Below are positions 1 to 7,740 of a DNA stretch of 55,040 bases, in pieces; the first letter of the stretch is position 1, and each line of letters starts with the position of its first letter. The position numbers and the translations under genes are program-made. Source of the stretch: Minisyncoccota bacterium (GTDB taxonomy: Bacteria; Patescibacteriota; Minisyncoccia; UBA6257; GWB1-50-10); assembly GCA_041665265.1 (NCBI GenBank), contig JBAYJE010000005.1, forward strand, positions 1-55,040, written 5' to 3'. The notes beneath the pieces were generated by a model. That model made no database searches and was not told where the DNA came from. It saw nothing but the letters and a program-made list of their open reading frames with translations.

Positions 1-1
1 G

Positions 2-766
2 CTTGAGGCGGAACTTCGCGCGTATGAAAAGCTTTCAAGTATTGAGATCATGGTTGTTACTGTTTCCTCACTTGGTGAGCGTACCGTAGCTGATTATGGC
101 AATGATCTTTTCACTGCATGGGGAATCGGTAAAAAAGGAATGGACAACGGAGTACTCATCCTTCTTGCACCTACGGAGAAGAAATGGGTTATTCGTACGG
201 GCTATGGCGTCGAAGGCTATCTTACGGATGCACAAGCAAGTCAGATAGGCCGCGAAGCGGTAAAGAGCCACAAAGGAAATTATCCCGCGATTATTCAAGT
301 GATAGTAGCGAATATAAAATCCACACTTGGCAATTTTACCCAAGAGCAGAGAAATGAATATGCACAGCAAAAACAGATTGCAAGACAGAAGGCCGATGAA
401 GAGATTGAAAATTTCATGATTTGGTCACTCGTGCTTTTCGGTGTTCTCTGCATCATTATAATTCCCATTGCTTTACAAGCCCGGCGTAAACGACTCGCAC
501 AAGAAAAAGAGGAAATAAGGAATATCAAGAAATATCGCGCAGAGCACCCCTACGTTCACCACTCATCACCACTTCTTCCGATAGTTCCTCCTCCAGAACG
601 TCATTACGAGAGTACATCTCAAAAACACGTTTCGGAAGATGATGAACCGACCTTTCGGCATTCTGTATCTGATAATGACGAAAGTTCTCGAAGTAATAAC
701 GATGATAGCTCATTCGAGCCAGGTGGCGGAGGTACTGCTGGTGGCGGCGCCGATGGTGATCTTTAG
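2..766 (+). CDS. TPM-domain (YgcG/TLP18.3-like) membrane protein, 5' end outside window
   Basis: The frame is open from nt 2 (LEAELRAYEKLSSIEIMVVTV...). TPM-like motifs GNDLFTAWGIGKKGMDNGVLILLAP and GYGVEGYLTD, one TM helix, and a Gly-rich C-terminal tail GGGGTAGGGADGDL. Confidence 0.7.
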   Translation, partial: LEAELRAYEKLSSIEIMVVTVSSLGERTVADYGNDLFTAWGIGKKGMDNGVLILLAPTEKKWVIRTGYGVEGYLTDAQASQIGREAVKSHKGNYPAIIQVIVANIKSTLGNFTQEQRNEYAQQKQIARQKADEEIENFMIWSLVLFGVLCIIIIPIALQARRKRLAQEKEEIRNIKKYRAEHPYVHHSSPLLPIVPPPERHYESTSQKHVSEDDEPTFRHSVSDNDESSRSNNDDSSFEPGGGGTAGGGADGDL

Positions 767-791
767 TAGTTATTTGTAGTAGCATTTTATC

Positions 792-821
792 AACTCCGTT
801 TCGAAAGATTCGGAGTTTTTT
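792..821 (+). terminator. intrinsic terminator
   Basis: Stem AACTCCG/CGGAGTT followed by a T-run. Confidence 0.7.
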
Positions 822-847
822 ATTTGTGAGAGTGATACTATTACTGT

Positions 848-1375
848 ATGAGGCTCAAAGGGGAAAAAGTAATATTACGGCCGCTCGCACTTTCAGATGC
901 ACCACGATTTGTGACTTGGTTTAATGACCCTGCAGTACATCGTTTTCTTGCACGACGAGAACTTACGCTTCAAGAAGAACGTAAGTGGATTCGCTCACTT
1001 CCAAAAAAGAAAGATGGAGTGCATTTTGCGATAGACACACGAGAGGGAGTTCATATAGGAAGCGTAGGATTCAATGATATTAATCGAAAGGATAATTATG
1101 CGGTATTCGGAATCGCAATTGGAGACAAGCGATATTGGGGGAAGGGTTATGGCACTGATGCAATGAAGTGCATCATAGATTATGGATTTCGAACATTGAG
1201 ATTGCATCGCATTGAACTTGAGGTCTATGAATATAATGTGCGTGGAATAAAATTATATTGTCGCTTAGGATTTAAAATAGAAGGAGAAAAACGTGAGAGA
1301 GTGTATTGGAAGGGAAAATACTATAATACGTTTCAGATGGCCATTCTTCGAAATGAGTGGCAAAAGGCCGAATAA
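848..1375 (+). CDS. GNAT family N-acetyltransferase (RimJ/RimL-like)
   Basis: 175-aa ORF with ...FAIDTREGVHIGSVGF... and RYWGKGYGTDAMKCIIDYGF... LHRIELEVYEYNVRGIKLYCRLGF, a typical GNAT acetyl-CoA-binding core. Confidence 0.8.
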   Translation: MRLKGEKVILRPLALSDAPRFVTWFNDPAVHRFLARRELTLQEERKWIRSLPKKKDGVHFAIDTREGVHIGSVGFNDINRKDNYAVFGIAIGDKRYWGKGYGTDAMKCIIDYGFRTLRLHRIELEVYEYNVRGIKLYCRLGFKIEGEKRERVYWKGKYYNTFQMAILRNEWQKAE

Positions 1376-1389
1376 ACCACCTTATTCAT

Positions 1390-1668
1390 ATGATAAAAGT
1401 AAGCATACATAAGACGGGATTAGTGTTCGGGGGATTGTTTGGTATCTTGCACGCTATGTGGGCACTCTTGGTGCTCCTTGGACTCGCGCAAGTATACTTG
1501 GATTGGATATTTGGACTTCACTTTTTGAATTTCCAATATTCCATCAATTCCTTCTCGTTTGGTAATGCGATAATGCTCATTGTCGTGACCTCGATTGTGG
1601 GTTATGTCGCAGGATGTGTATTTGGATGGCTTTGGAATGTTGCCTGCAAGGCTCCGAACCAAAACTAA
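1390..1668 (+). CDS. small membrane protein, unknown function
   Basis: Three hydrophobic segments. I chose the ATG at 1390 over the GTG at 1357, which overlaps the GNAT gene. A terminator follows. Confidence 0.45.
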   Translation: MIKVSIHKTGLVFGGLFGILHAMWALLVLLGLAQVYLDWIFGLHFLNFQYSINSFSFGNAIMLIVVTSIVGYVAGCVFGWLWNVACKAPNQN

Positions 1669-1682
1669 CACGCGAAACAAGA

Positions 1683-1712
1683 AACCGTTCCGAAATTTCG
1701 GAACGGTTTTTG
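1683..1712 (+). terminator. intrinsic terminator
   Basis: Perfect 11-bp stem AAACCGTTCCG/CGGAACGGTTT followed by TT. Confidence 0.8.
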
Positions 1713-1771
1713 GTATACTGAAATTACGTACCATAAAGAATAGAAAATAATTTTATTTGTAGAACATCGTA

Positions 1772-2332
1772 ATGCGCACTGAATTGGTTTCCATATTTAA
1801 TAAACTTGGCATAAAAAAAGGAAGAGCGACTGCGGAGAAGGCCCACAAAGAGGGACTCTGGCACCGTTCAGCCCATGTCTGGGTATACACGCCTGATGGG
1901 CGCGTTTTGCTTCAACAAAGGGCTAAATCGAGGCATGTGTATCCCTCGCGATTCGATATGTCTGCTGCAGGACACGTGCCCGCAAATGAGACGCCGAAAA
2001 AAACCGCGGTGCGTGAAGCGTTCGAGGAAATACACCTGATGATAGACCCGATGTATCTCAAGAAGATTGAGGTTATTCGTACACACGAGGAGAATAAGAA
2101 AACCCATTGGACGAATAATGAATTTGATTACATCTTCATTTATCCTTTTGAAGGAGACCCGAAGACACTGAAGATAAACTATAACGAGGTAGAAGGACTG
2201 CGATTTATACCACTTTACCAATTTGAAGCAGAAATACATTCTCCGCGGCTTTTCCGTCGCTACGCACCGCATACAAAAAGATATTATCTAAGTGTTATTC
2301 GCGCAATACGCGAAGAATTGAAACATAAATAA
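1772..2332 (+). CDS. NUDIX hydrolase
   Basis: Nudix box GHVPANETPKKTAVREAFEEIHL (GX5EX7REUXEEXGU pattern) and an N-terminal GLWHRSAHVWVY, as in IDI/NUDIX proteins. Confidence 0.8.
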   Translation: MRTELVSIFNKLGIKKGRATAEKAHKEGLWHRSAHVWVYTPDGRVLLQQRAKSRHVYPSRFDMSAAGHVPANETPKKTAVREAFEEIHLMIDPMYLKKIEVIRTHEENKKTHWTNNEFDYIFIYPFEGDPKTLKINYNEVEGLRFIPLYQFEAEIHSPRLFRRYAPHTKRYYLSVIRAIREELKHK

Positions 2333-2372
2333 CTTAGTACTATACTTTCCTTATTAGTAATTCGCTGAATAT

Positions 2373-2861
2373 ATGAAAAAGGAGCAAGTATTTGTAACAA
2401 AAAAAGGACTTCAGATTCTCAAGGAAAAAGTAAAAAAACTTGAAGAAGAGTATGCGGAAGTAAGCCGCGGAAAAATGCTGGCTGCCGAAGATGGAAATCT
2501 ATGGCACGATAATCCTGCGTATGACGAGGTAGAGGAAAAACAACGTATGTTGGGATTTCGTATTGATGAAGCAAAAACCGCACTTATCAATGCAGTAGTA
2601 GTAGAACACGAACCGCTTTCTGCGGCGAAGGTAGTTTCTATTGGTTCCGAGGTTGATGTGGAATTTGTTGGAGGAAAAAAATCCGTATATCACATTGTTG
2701 GTTCCGCAGAGGCAGACCCTTCGAAGGGAAGTATTTCGTATATGAGCCCACTGGGGGTTGCACTTATGGGCGCAAAAGAAGGGGAGACTCGAGAATATAA
2801 AATTAGAGAGAAAGTAATAAGTGTTATAGTGCGAAAAATAATTGCTTCGTCGGTACAATAA
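2373..2861 (+). CDS. greA: transcription elongation factor GreA
   Basis: 162 aa. N-terminal coiled coil with the acidic tip EDGNLWHDNPAYDEVEEKQ, and a C-terminal FKBP-like domain with YMSPLGVALMGAKEGE. Confidence 0.85.
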   Translation: MKKEQVFVTKKGLQILKEKVKKLEEEYAEVSRGKMLAAEDGNLWHDNPAYDEVEEKQRMLGFRIDEAKTALINAVVVEHEPLSAAKVVSIGSEVDVEFVGGKKSVYHIVGSAEADPSKGSISYMSPLGVALMGAKEGETREYKIREKVISVIVRKIIASSVQ

Positions 2862-2871
2862 CATTTCACGC

Positions 2872-3459
2872 ATGAAACCCTCACCACGAGTATTAAAGAA
2901 TAAATTTATTGTGCTTGAGGGATTGAGTGGTTCAGGAAAAACTACTGTTGCAAAACTTCTTGCAAAAAAGCTTCATGCGGCATCTTTTAAAACCCCGTCT
3001 GGTTCTTTTGCGGTAGTGCGCGAAATTATCGATAACGCATCTATCTCTCCTAGCGCGCGTGCATTTTTTTACCTTGGTGGAATTCTTGATTCATCAGAAG
3101 CAATTAAGACACTTCTCAAAAAAAGAACTGTGGTATGCGATCGCTATTTTCTTACTACTTATTGTTATCATAAGGCAATTGGGGCAGATTTTTCTTTGGC
3201 TCCAGCTGATTTTATTAAAAAAATAAAGAAACCAGATATTACCTTTCTTATCACCTGCGAAGAACGCGAACGACGGCGTAGACTCGGCATACGAGGAATG
3301 AGCCATAATGATAAGCAAGAGATCAAGCTTCATTCGGATCGAAAATTTCTGCGCGAGTACAGAAAGTTCTCTCCCGTGGAGATTGATAATACGACACGAG
3401 ATGTACATCATGCAGTTGAGAAAATTATTTTTATACTTTCAAACAATTTTTCGCAATGA
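2872..3459 (+). CDS. thymidylate (dTMP) kinase-like nucleotide kinase
   Basis: P-loop LEGLSGSGKTT, a DRY motif (VCDRYFLTTYCYH) and an Arg-rich lid ERERRRRLGIRG. The ATG at 2872 follows the greA stop; the ORF-track start at 2842 is a TTG inside greA. Confidence 0.7.
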   Translation: MKPSPRVLKNKFIVLEGLSGSGKTTVAKLLAKKLHAASFKTPSGSFAVVREIIDNASISPSARAFFYLGGILDSSEAIKTLLKKRTVVCDRYFLTTYCYHKAIGADFSLAPADFIKKIKKPDITFLITCEERERRRRLGIRGMSHNDKQEIKLHSDRKFLREYRKFSPVEIDNTTRDVHHAVEKIIFILSNNFSQ

Positions 3460-4670
3460 CGCACCAAGAAGATAAAATGAATCTTACGCTTGAGGCACTT
3501 CATGCAACGAATGAGGAGCGTGGGCAATTTCTTATTAAAAAATATCAAGGTCTGTATGGACTTCCTACTATTGAGACACGGGAGACCGTAGATTATAAAT
3601 TTTTTCTTCAGGCGAAGCGTGGTATTAATTTTGTGGTGATTGCTGCATATGACCACGCGCGTGATTTCCTTACTATTCGCAATTTTTCTCGTGGAGCGGG
3701 ATGGGAACTTTTGGGAGGATTTATTCACGATGCAATACAGGAGCAACCTGAACACGCCGCACTTCGTATTGTGCTGGGAGAGAGTGGTCTTGCAGTGAGT
3801 GAAATGACACCGATTGCTATGGTAAAAAATATATTTGTGTATGGAGAAGAGTCGGTTACTCACTATGGTATTGCGTTTATGGCAGAGTGTCGTGGAACAC
3901 CTTCTCTCATTCATGATTTTCGTGGGGAATTTTCTGCAAATATTCCTTCGCACATGCTTGCATCTGATAAATCAATCTTGAAACTTGCCCATCATGAAGT
4001 GCATAAAAAGAAAGGAGGAACGCCGCTTCAGGAGATAGACTCAGTAAATAAATTTCATATATTGATTTGGTTTCATGAGTGGGTAGTAAGCCCTCTTATG
4101 CATTATTTAAGTTCTTCTATCATTGACGCCTTTCTCTTTAAAGCAATCGGATGTCCCACAACATTTCTTGATGTTGCAGTAGGGGATGATGATTTTATCA
4201 TTCATCTTGCAAAGAAATGCAGAAAAGGATTTTTTGTGGCAAATGATATCTCTTTTAGAACAACCGAATTTTTGAGAAAACAAGTAAACGATGATGAGTT
4301 TATTGTGTTTACCAATCATAATGCAACCCACCTCCCTTTTGTGGAAAAATTTGATGTAACCCTTTGTAAAAATACAATGCATCATATGAACTCTAAAGAA
4401 GAGATGTTTTTGCTTTTAGAGTCATTGAAGAATGTTTCTCGGAAACTTGTTATCGTTGATATAGAAAACCCACGCCAATCAACGAAGGCCGCATATGTAT
4501 GGAATTGGTATTATCGGAAGATATTAGGTGACCAAGGTGGATTTTTTCTTTCTCAGGAGCAATTTCACAATATAATTAAAGGATTTTTTTCGCATGAGCG
4601 TGTTAAGTTTGGCGTAATTTACACAGTAAAAGGGAGATATCTTACTGCAATTGTAGATAGTAAAGAATAA
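3456..4670 (+). CDS. fusion protein: degenerate Nudix-like N-domain + class I SAM-methyltransferase-like C-domain
   Basis: Nudix-box-like GGFIHDAIQEQPEHAALRIVLGESGL (aa 87-112). Later comes the methyltransferase motif-I-like FLDVAVGDDDF. The start overlaps the tmk-like stop (ATGA). Confidence 0.5.
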   Translation: MTHQEDKMNLTLEALHATNEERGQFLIKKYQGLYGLPTIETRETVDYKFFLQAKRGINFVVIAAYDHARDFLTIRNFSRGAGWELLGGFIHDAIQEQPEHAALRIVLGESGLAVSEMTPIAMVKNIFVYGEESVTHYGIAFMAECRGTPSLIHDFRGEFSANIPSHMLASDKSILKLAHHEVHKKKGGTPLQEIDSVNKFHILIWFHEWVVSPLMHYLSSSIIDAFLFKAIGCPTTFLDVAVGDDDFIIHLAKKCRKGFFVANDISFRTTEFLRKQVNDDEFIVFTNHNATHLPFVEKFDVTLCKNTMHHMNSKEEMFLLLESLKNVSRKLVIVDIENPRQSTKAAYVWNWYYRKILGDQGGFFLSQEQFHNIIKGFFSHERVKFGVIYTVKGRYLTAIVDSKE

Positions 4671-4699
4671 AAAACCGCACCTGATTTGGTGCGGTTCGC
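4671..4699. terminator. bidirectional intrinsic terminator between convergent genes
   Basis: 9-bp stem AACCGCACC/GGTGCGGTT flanked by an A-run and T/C. Confidence 0.75.
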
Positions 4700-4700
4700 A

Positions 4701-5159
4701 TTACGAGATAGCTATTATTTGTATTCTTTTTGTTATCTTACCAAGAACTGCTTCGCGTATTTCTTTTACACGCGCTCCTATGAGCATTCGTGCAAGAGGC
4801 GCATTATATGAAATAGCGTTTCGATCATCAAATACTATATATCCCCCGATTTCGAATGTTTGGATTTCGTCTGTATCGAGATATTTGATAGTGACCACGC
4901 ACCCTACAATTGCTCGATCTTTTAGTTTCGGCGGTTGGATAAGTCGCGCGTTATGGCGTATTTCTGTGAGTTCTTTAAGTCGAAGGGAGAGCATTTCTTG
5001 TATCCGTCTACCTTCTTCATATGAAAAATTATCATGCCATTCGTTGCCTCCCTCAGAACTCTCCGCGGCTTCTTTTGCCACTTCCTTGATTTGTTCTGTG
5101 AGTTTTTTGATTTCGTCGTTTAATACGTTTAAATCTTTTTCAAGAAAAAAGAATGTCAT
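4701..5159 (-). CDS. GreA/GreB-family paralog
   Basis: MTFFFLEKDLNVLNDEIKKL...SSEGGNEWHDNFSYEEGRRIQ... and ISYNAPLARMLIGARVKE are collinear with the GreA at 2373. A near-consensus promoter lies inside the longer ORF-track version, so I call the start at M37. Confidence 0.75.
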   Translation of the reverse strand: MTFFFLEKDLNVLNDEIKKLTEQIKEVAKEAAESSEGGNEWHDNFSYEEGRRIQEMLSLRLKELTEIRHNARLIQPPKLKDRAIVGCVVTIKYLDTDEIQTFEIGGYIVFDDRNAISYNAPLARMLIGARVKEIREAVLGKITKRIQIIAIS

Positions 5160-5211
5160 TTTCTTATGCCCCCTTTGCTCGATAGAATTATGATGTGAAA
5201 TTGCTTTGCAT

Positions 5212-5240
5212 ACTATAGTATTTATAACTACTATTGTCAA
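5212..5240 (-). promoter_or_regulatory. sigma70-type promoter for the GreA paralog
   Basis: The minus strand reads TTGACA-17 nt-TATAGT. Confidence 0.55.
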
Positions 5241-5318
5241 TTGAATGACAGATAGTAATAAAACCATGTTTGCAACAGAAGTGCGCGTGCATCGTTATAC
5301 CTTATGAAAGGAGATACT

Positions 5319-5459
5319 ATGAAAAAAATTACTATGAATTACCTTAATTGTCTTTCGCTTCATATGACGCAGGGTTCTACTCATCCAGTATGGATGGGAC
5401 CAAGACTCTTTAGCCAAGGCGGTTTTCATATCTCGAAAATGTGTGCATTCACACCATAA
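5319..5459 (+). CDS. small ORF (46 aa), unknown
   Basis: AAGGAG sits 6 nt before the ATG. Peptide MKKITMNYLNCLSLHMTQGSTHPVWMGPRLFSQGGFHISKMCAFTP. A strong terminator follows. The ORF is below the ORF-track length cutoff. Confidence 0.35.
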   Translation: MKKITMNYLNCLSLHMTQGSTHPVWMGPRLFSQGGFHISKMCAFTP

Positions 5460-5490
5460 CCTTATAGGCACACATGTGAATCTGAAGACA

Positions 5491-5515
5491 ATCTCGGCTA
5501 GATAGCCGAGATTTT
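5491..5515 (+). terminator. intrinsic terminator
   Basis: Perfect 10-bp stem ATCTCGGCTA/TAGCCGAGAT, 2-nt loop, then TTTT. Confidence 0.7.
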
Positions 5516-5674
5516 GTCTATCTAGGTTCATTTACAAAAACAAATCAGGCGACGAACGGTGCCACGATGTCGGGCGCACTTCTTATGAAACAGAGTCCCT
5601 GATACGTTTCCATAATTCTCCATTACATGTGATGTATTTACTTTTTCTACCACCTTTTCTATATGGAGGTAGAG

Positions 5675-5725
5675 ATGATGAAAAACCTGCCGCCATGCGG
5701 TGAGGTTTTGTTGCGCCTTGTATGA
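5675..5725 (+). CDS. candidate leader peptide / uORF (16 aa, MMKNLPPCGEVLLRLV)
   Basis: GGAGG sits 5 nt upstream of the ATG. The ORF runs through the hairpin at 5682-5709 and stops 16 nt before the PAP2 ATG. Confidence 0.3.
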   Translation: MMKNLPPCGEVLLRLV

Positions 5726-5741
5726 TATTCTAAAAGAGATA

Positions 5742-7256
5742 ATGAAACGATTTATTCTTTCTGTATTGAAATCTTTTGCTGATGCAGTCCGTACAAATGA
5801 ATATAGTCTTAGGCTTCAGCATCATTTCCCCACACTTTTTGCGTGGTTAGCAAAGAGGACTTCTTGGGTAGGGAAATATGGATTTCGTTTTACTTTAGGA
5901 ATGTTTCTTTCTTTTTGTTCGTTTGTAGCTTTTCTTGATATTGCAATTGATGTGCTTTTTCTTGATCCGTTTGTGAATGCAGATAGGCGCATTATGAATC
6001 TTGTTGCTGCATTACGAAATATACCTGCTGCAGAGAATTTTCTTTTTTTCACCTCCCTTGGTAATTGGGAAGTAGTGATAAGTCTCAGTATGGCAGCGTT
6101 TCTTATCTTGTTGCTTTTTAAGAAGAAAAATGCGGCACTTGTATTTGCGGGAAGTGTAATAAGTGGTGCTGGATTCACTTATTTTCTTAAATTAATTGTA
6201 CACCGCATTCGTCCTGGAATCGCGTTTTCAATGATTGAACAAGGAGGATACTCGTTTCCAAGTGGTCATGCCATTATCGCTTTCGCGTTATATGGTATGC
6301 TTGGTTATTTTGTGATGAGGGTAGTAAAACATCGTTTTCTTAAAATACTCATGGTACTCGCTACACTCACATTCGTCGTACTTATTGGTCTTTCGAGGGT
6401 GTATCTTGGCGTGCATTGGATATCCGATGTAGTAGCGGGATGGTTTCTTGGATTTTCTGTTCTTGTTTTTTGGATAACTTTTTTTAAGGAGCGTGAACGA
6501 TTTGATAGAGATAAAGATCATGGGCATTCAAGAATGCGCGTATTATTCGTGGTGCTTATGATTGTGTTTGTTGAGGTACTTTTTATATTCCGTTTTACTA
6601 TTACTCATCCGTTGGCATTGGGCGCATTGCCTGAGAATAAAAAATTAGAACATATTGCATATAGCACAAGTACTGATGTGCAGTTCATGATTTTAGACAA
6701 AGCGTTTCCTAAATTCAGCGAGATGTTAGGAGGAGAGAAGATGGAGCCAGTAAGCTTTATTGTAATTGGTTGGCAAGATCAACTTGTAAAAGTTTTTCAT
6801 AATGCGGGATGGTTTGTTGCTGAGAAACCAAGTACAAATTCTCTTACTAAACTTGCGTTGGCGGCGGTATTGAACAGACCTTACTCTACTGCACCCGTGA
6901 CCCCTTCATTTGTGAAGTCTATTACGGAGACGCTCGCATTTCAGAAACCAACGAAAAAAAATTCAATTGTAGAGAGACACCATACTCGTTTTTGGCTTAC
7001 CAGTTTTGAGTATGGAGGAGTTCCTGTGTGGGTGGCAACAGCAAGTTATGATAATGGATTGCGCTATTATATAACGCATAAAATAAGTCCCGACATAGAT
7101 ACCGAGCGAGATTTTATTAAGGAGGAAATTACACAGAACGCGAACGCAATTCAGAGTGTTGCAGAAATTCAACTTGTTCCAAGAATGATGGGAATGAATC
7201 AAGGACGCGATCGATTTTTTACTGACGGGAAGGCATATATCATTCAGTTGCAGTAA
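5742..7256 (+). CDS. PAP2-family phosphatase fused to an LssY-like C-terminal domain
   Basis: PAP2 motifs KLIVHRIRP, SFPSGHA and SRVYLGVHWISDV in a multi-TM N-terminal half. The soluble C-terminal half carries HHTRFW...WVATASYD, resembling LssY_C. I call the ATG at 5742, not the GTG at 5700. Confidence 0.75.
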   Translation: MKRFILSVLKSFADAVRTNEYSLRLQHHFPTLFAWLAKRTSWVGKYGFRFTLGMFLSFCSFVAFLDIAIDVLFLDPFVNADRRIMNLVAALRNIPAAENFLFFTSLGNWEVVISLSMAAFLILLLFKKKNAALVFAGSVISGAGFTYFLKLIVHRIRPGIAFSMIEQGGYSFPSGHAIIAFALYGMLGYFVMRVVKHRFLKILMVLATLTFVVLIGLSRVYLGVHWISDVVAGWFLGFSVLVFWITFFKERERFDRDKDHGHSRMRVLFVVLMIVFVEVLFIFRFTITHPLALGALPENKKLEHIAYSTSTDVQFMILDKAFPKFSEMLGGEKMEPVSFIVIGWQDQLVKVFHNAGWFVAEKPSTNSLTKLALAAVLNRPYSTAPVTPSFVKSITETLAFQKPTKKNSIVERHHTRFWLTSFEYGGVPVWVATASYDNGLRYYITHKISPDIDTERDFIKEEITQNANAIQSVAEIQLVPRMMGMNQGRDRFFTDGKAYIIQLQ

Positions 7257-7337
7257 GGAGAATATATTCTCTTGACGCAGAGAAGATATGGAATTATTCT
7301 TCAGCCAGATACTTTCACAATTTTTCTGGAGGAATTT

Positions 7338-7685
7338 ATGTCTGTAAAAACACGTTGGTATCTTGAAGCGGTAGACAGTAACGCGGAAAAAGTTCTCAAT
7401 GGGTATCCTGAATTTCAGAAGCATATGCTGGATGAGGATATTCTTCACAACATAAAGGACTACAAAGAAGGGCGTCATGACGAAGTGTATCGTTGTGACT
7501 ATGATTTTGTGGTGCAATTTCGGATGTATGTAAATATACTGAGCAAAGAAAACGGAGACGAGTATCAATTCATCGACCTTTTTCGAGTGTTTGTTCGTTA
7601 TGGTAGAGATCCAATGAAAGACGCGACAAAACTTTTTAAGGTTCGTCGTTGGAAGAAAAAACTTCTTGTAAATAAGAAGAAATAA
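7338..7685 (+). CDS. hypothetical protein
   Basis: GGAGG precedes the ATG at 7338. Basic C-terminus, terminator downstream, no recognisable motif. Confidence 0.5.
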   Translation: MSVKTRWYLEAVDSNAEKVLNGYPEFQKHMLDEDILHNIKDYKEGRHDEVYRCDYDFVVQFRMYVNILSKENGDEYQFIDLFRVFVRYGRDPMKDATKLFKVRRWKKKLLVNKKK

Positions 7686-7690
7686 TATAT

Positions 7691-7723
7691 AGCGCCATAC
7701 AACTTGTGTGGCGCTTCTTTTTT
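7691..7723 (+). terminator. intrinsic terminator
   Basis: Stem AGCGCCA/TGGCGCT followed by TCTTTTTT. Confidence 0.75.
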
Positions 7724-7740
7724 GTGGTTTACTGGTCAGG

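Noticed and set aside
4701-5267. The long (188-aa) version of the GreA paralog, starting at 5267.
   Set aside because: The extra 36 codons contain the TTGACA-17-TATAGT promoter on the same strand and encode a hydrophobic segment absent from GreA. The GreA homology begins at M37 (5159).
5295-5531. 78-aa minus-strand ORF between the GreA paralog and PAP2.
   Set aside because: It has no SD or promoter and spans the + strand terminator palindrome. It is antisense to a better-supported small ORF that has both an SD and a terminator.
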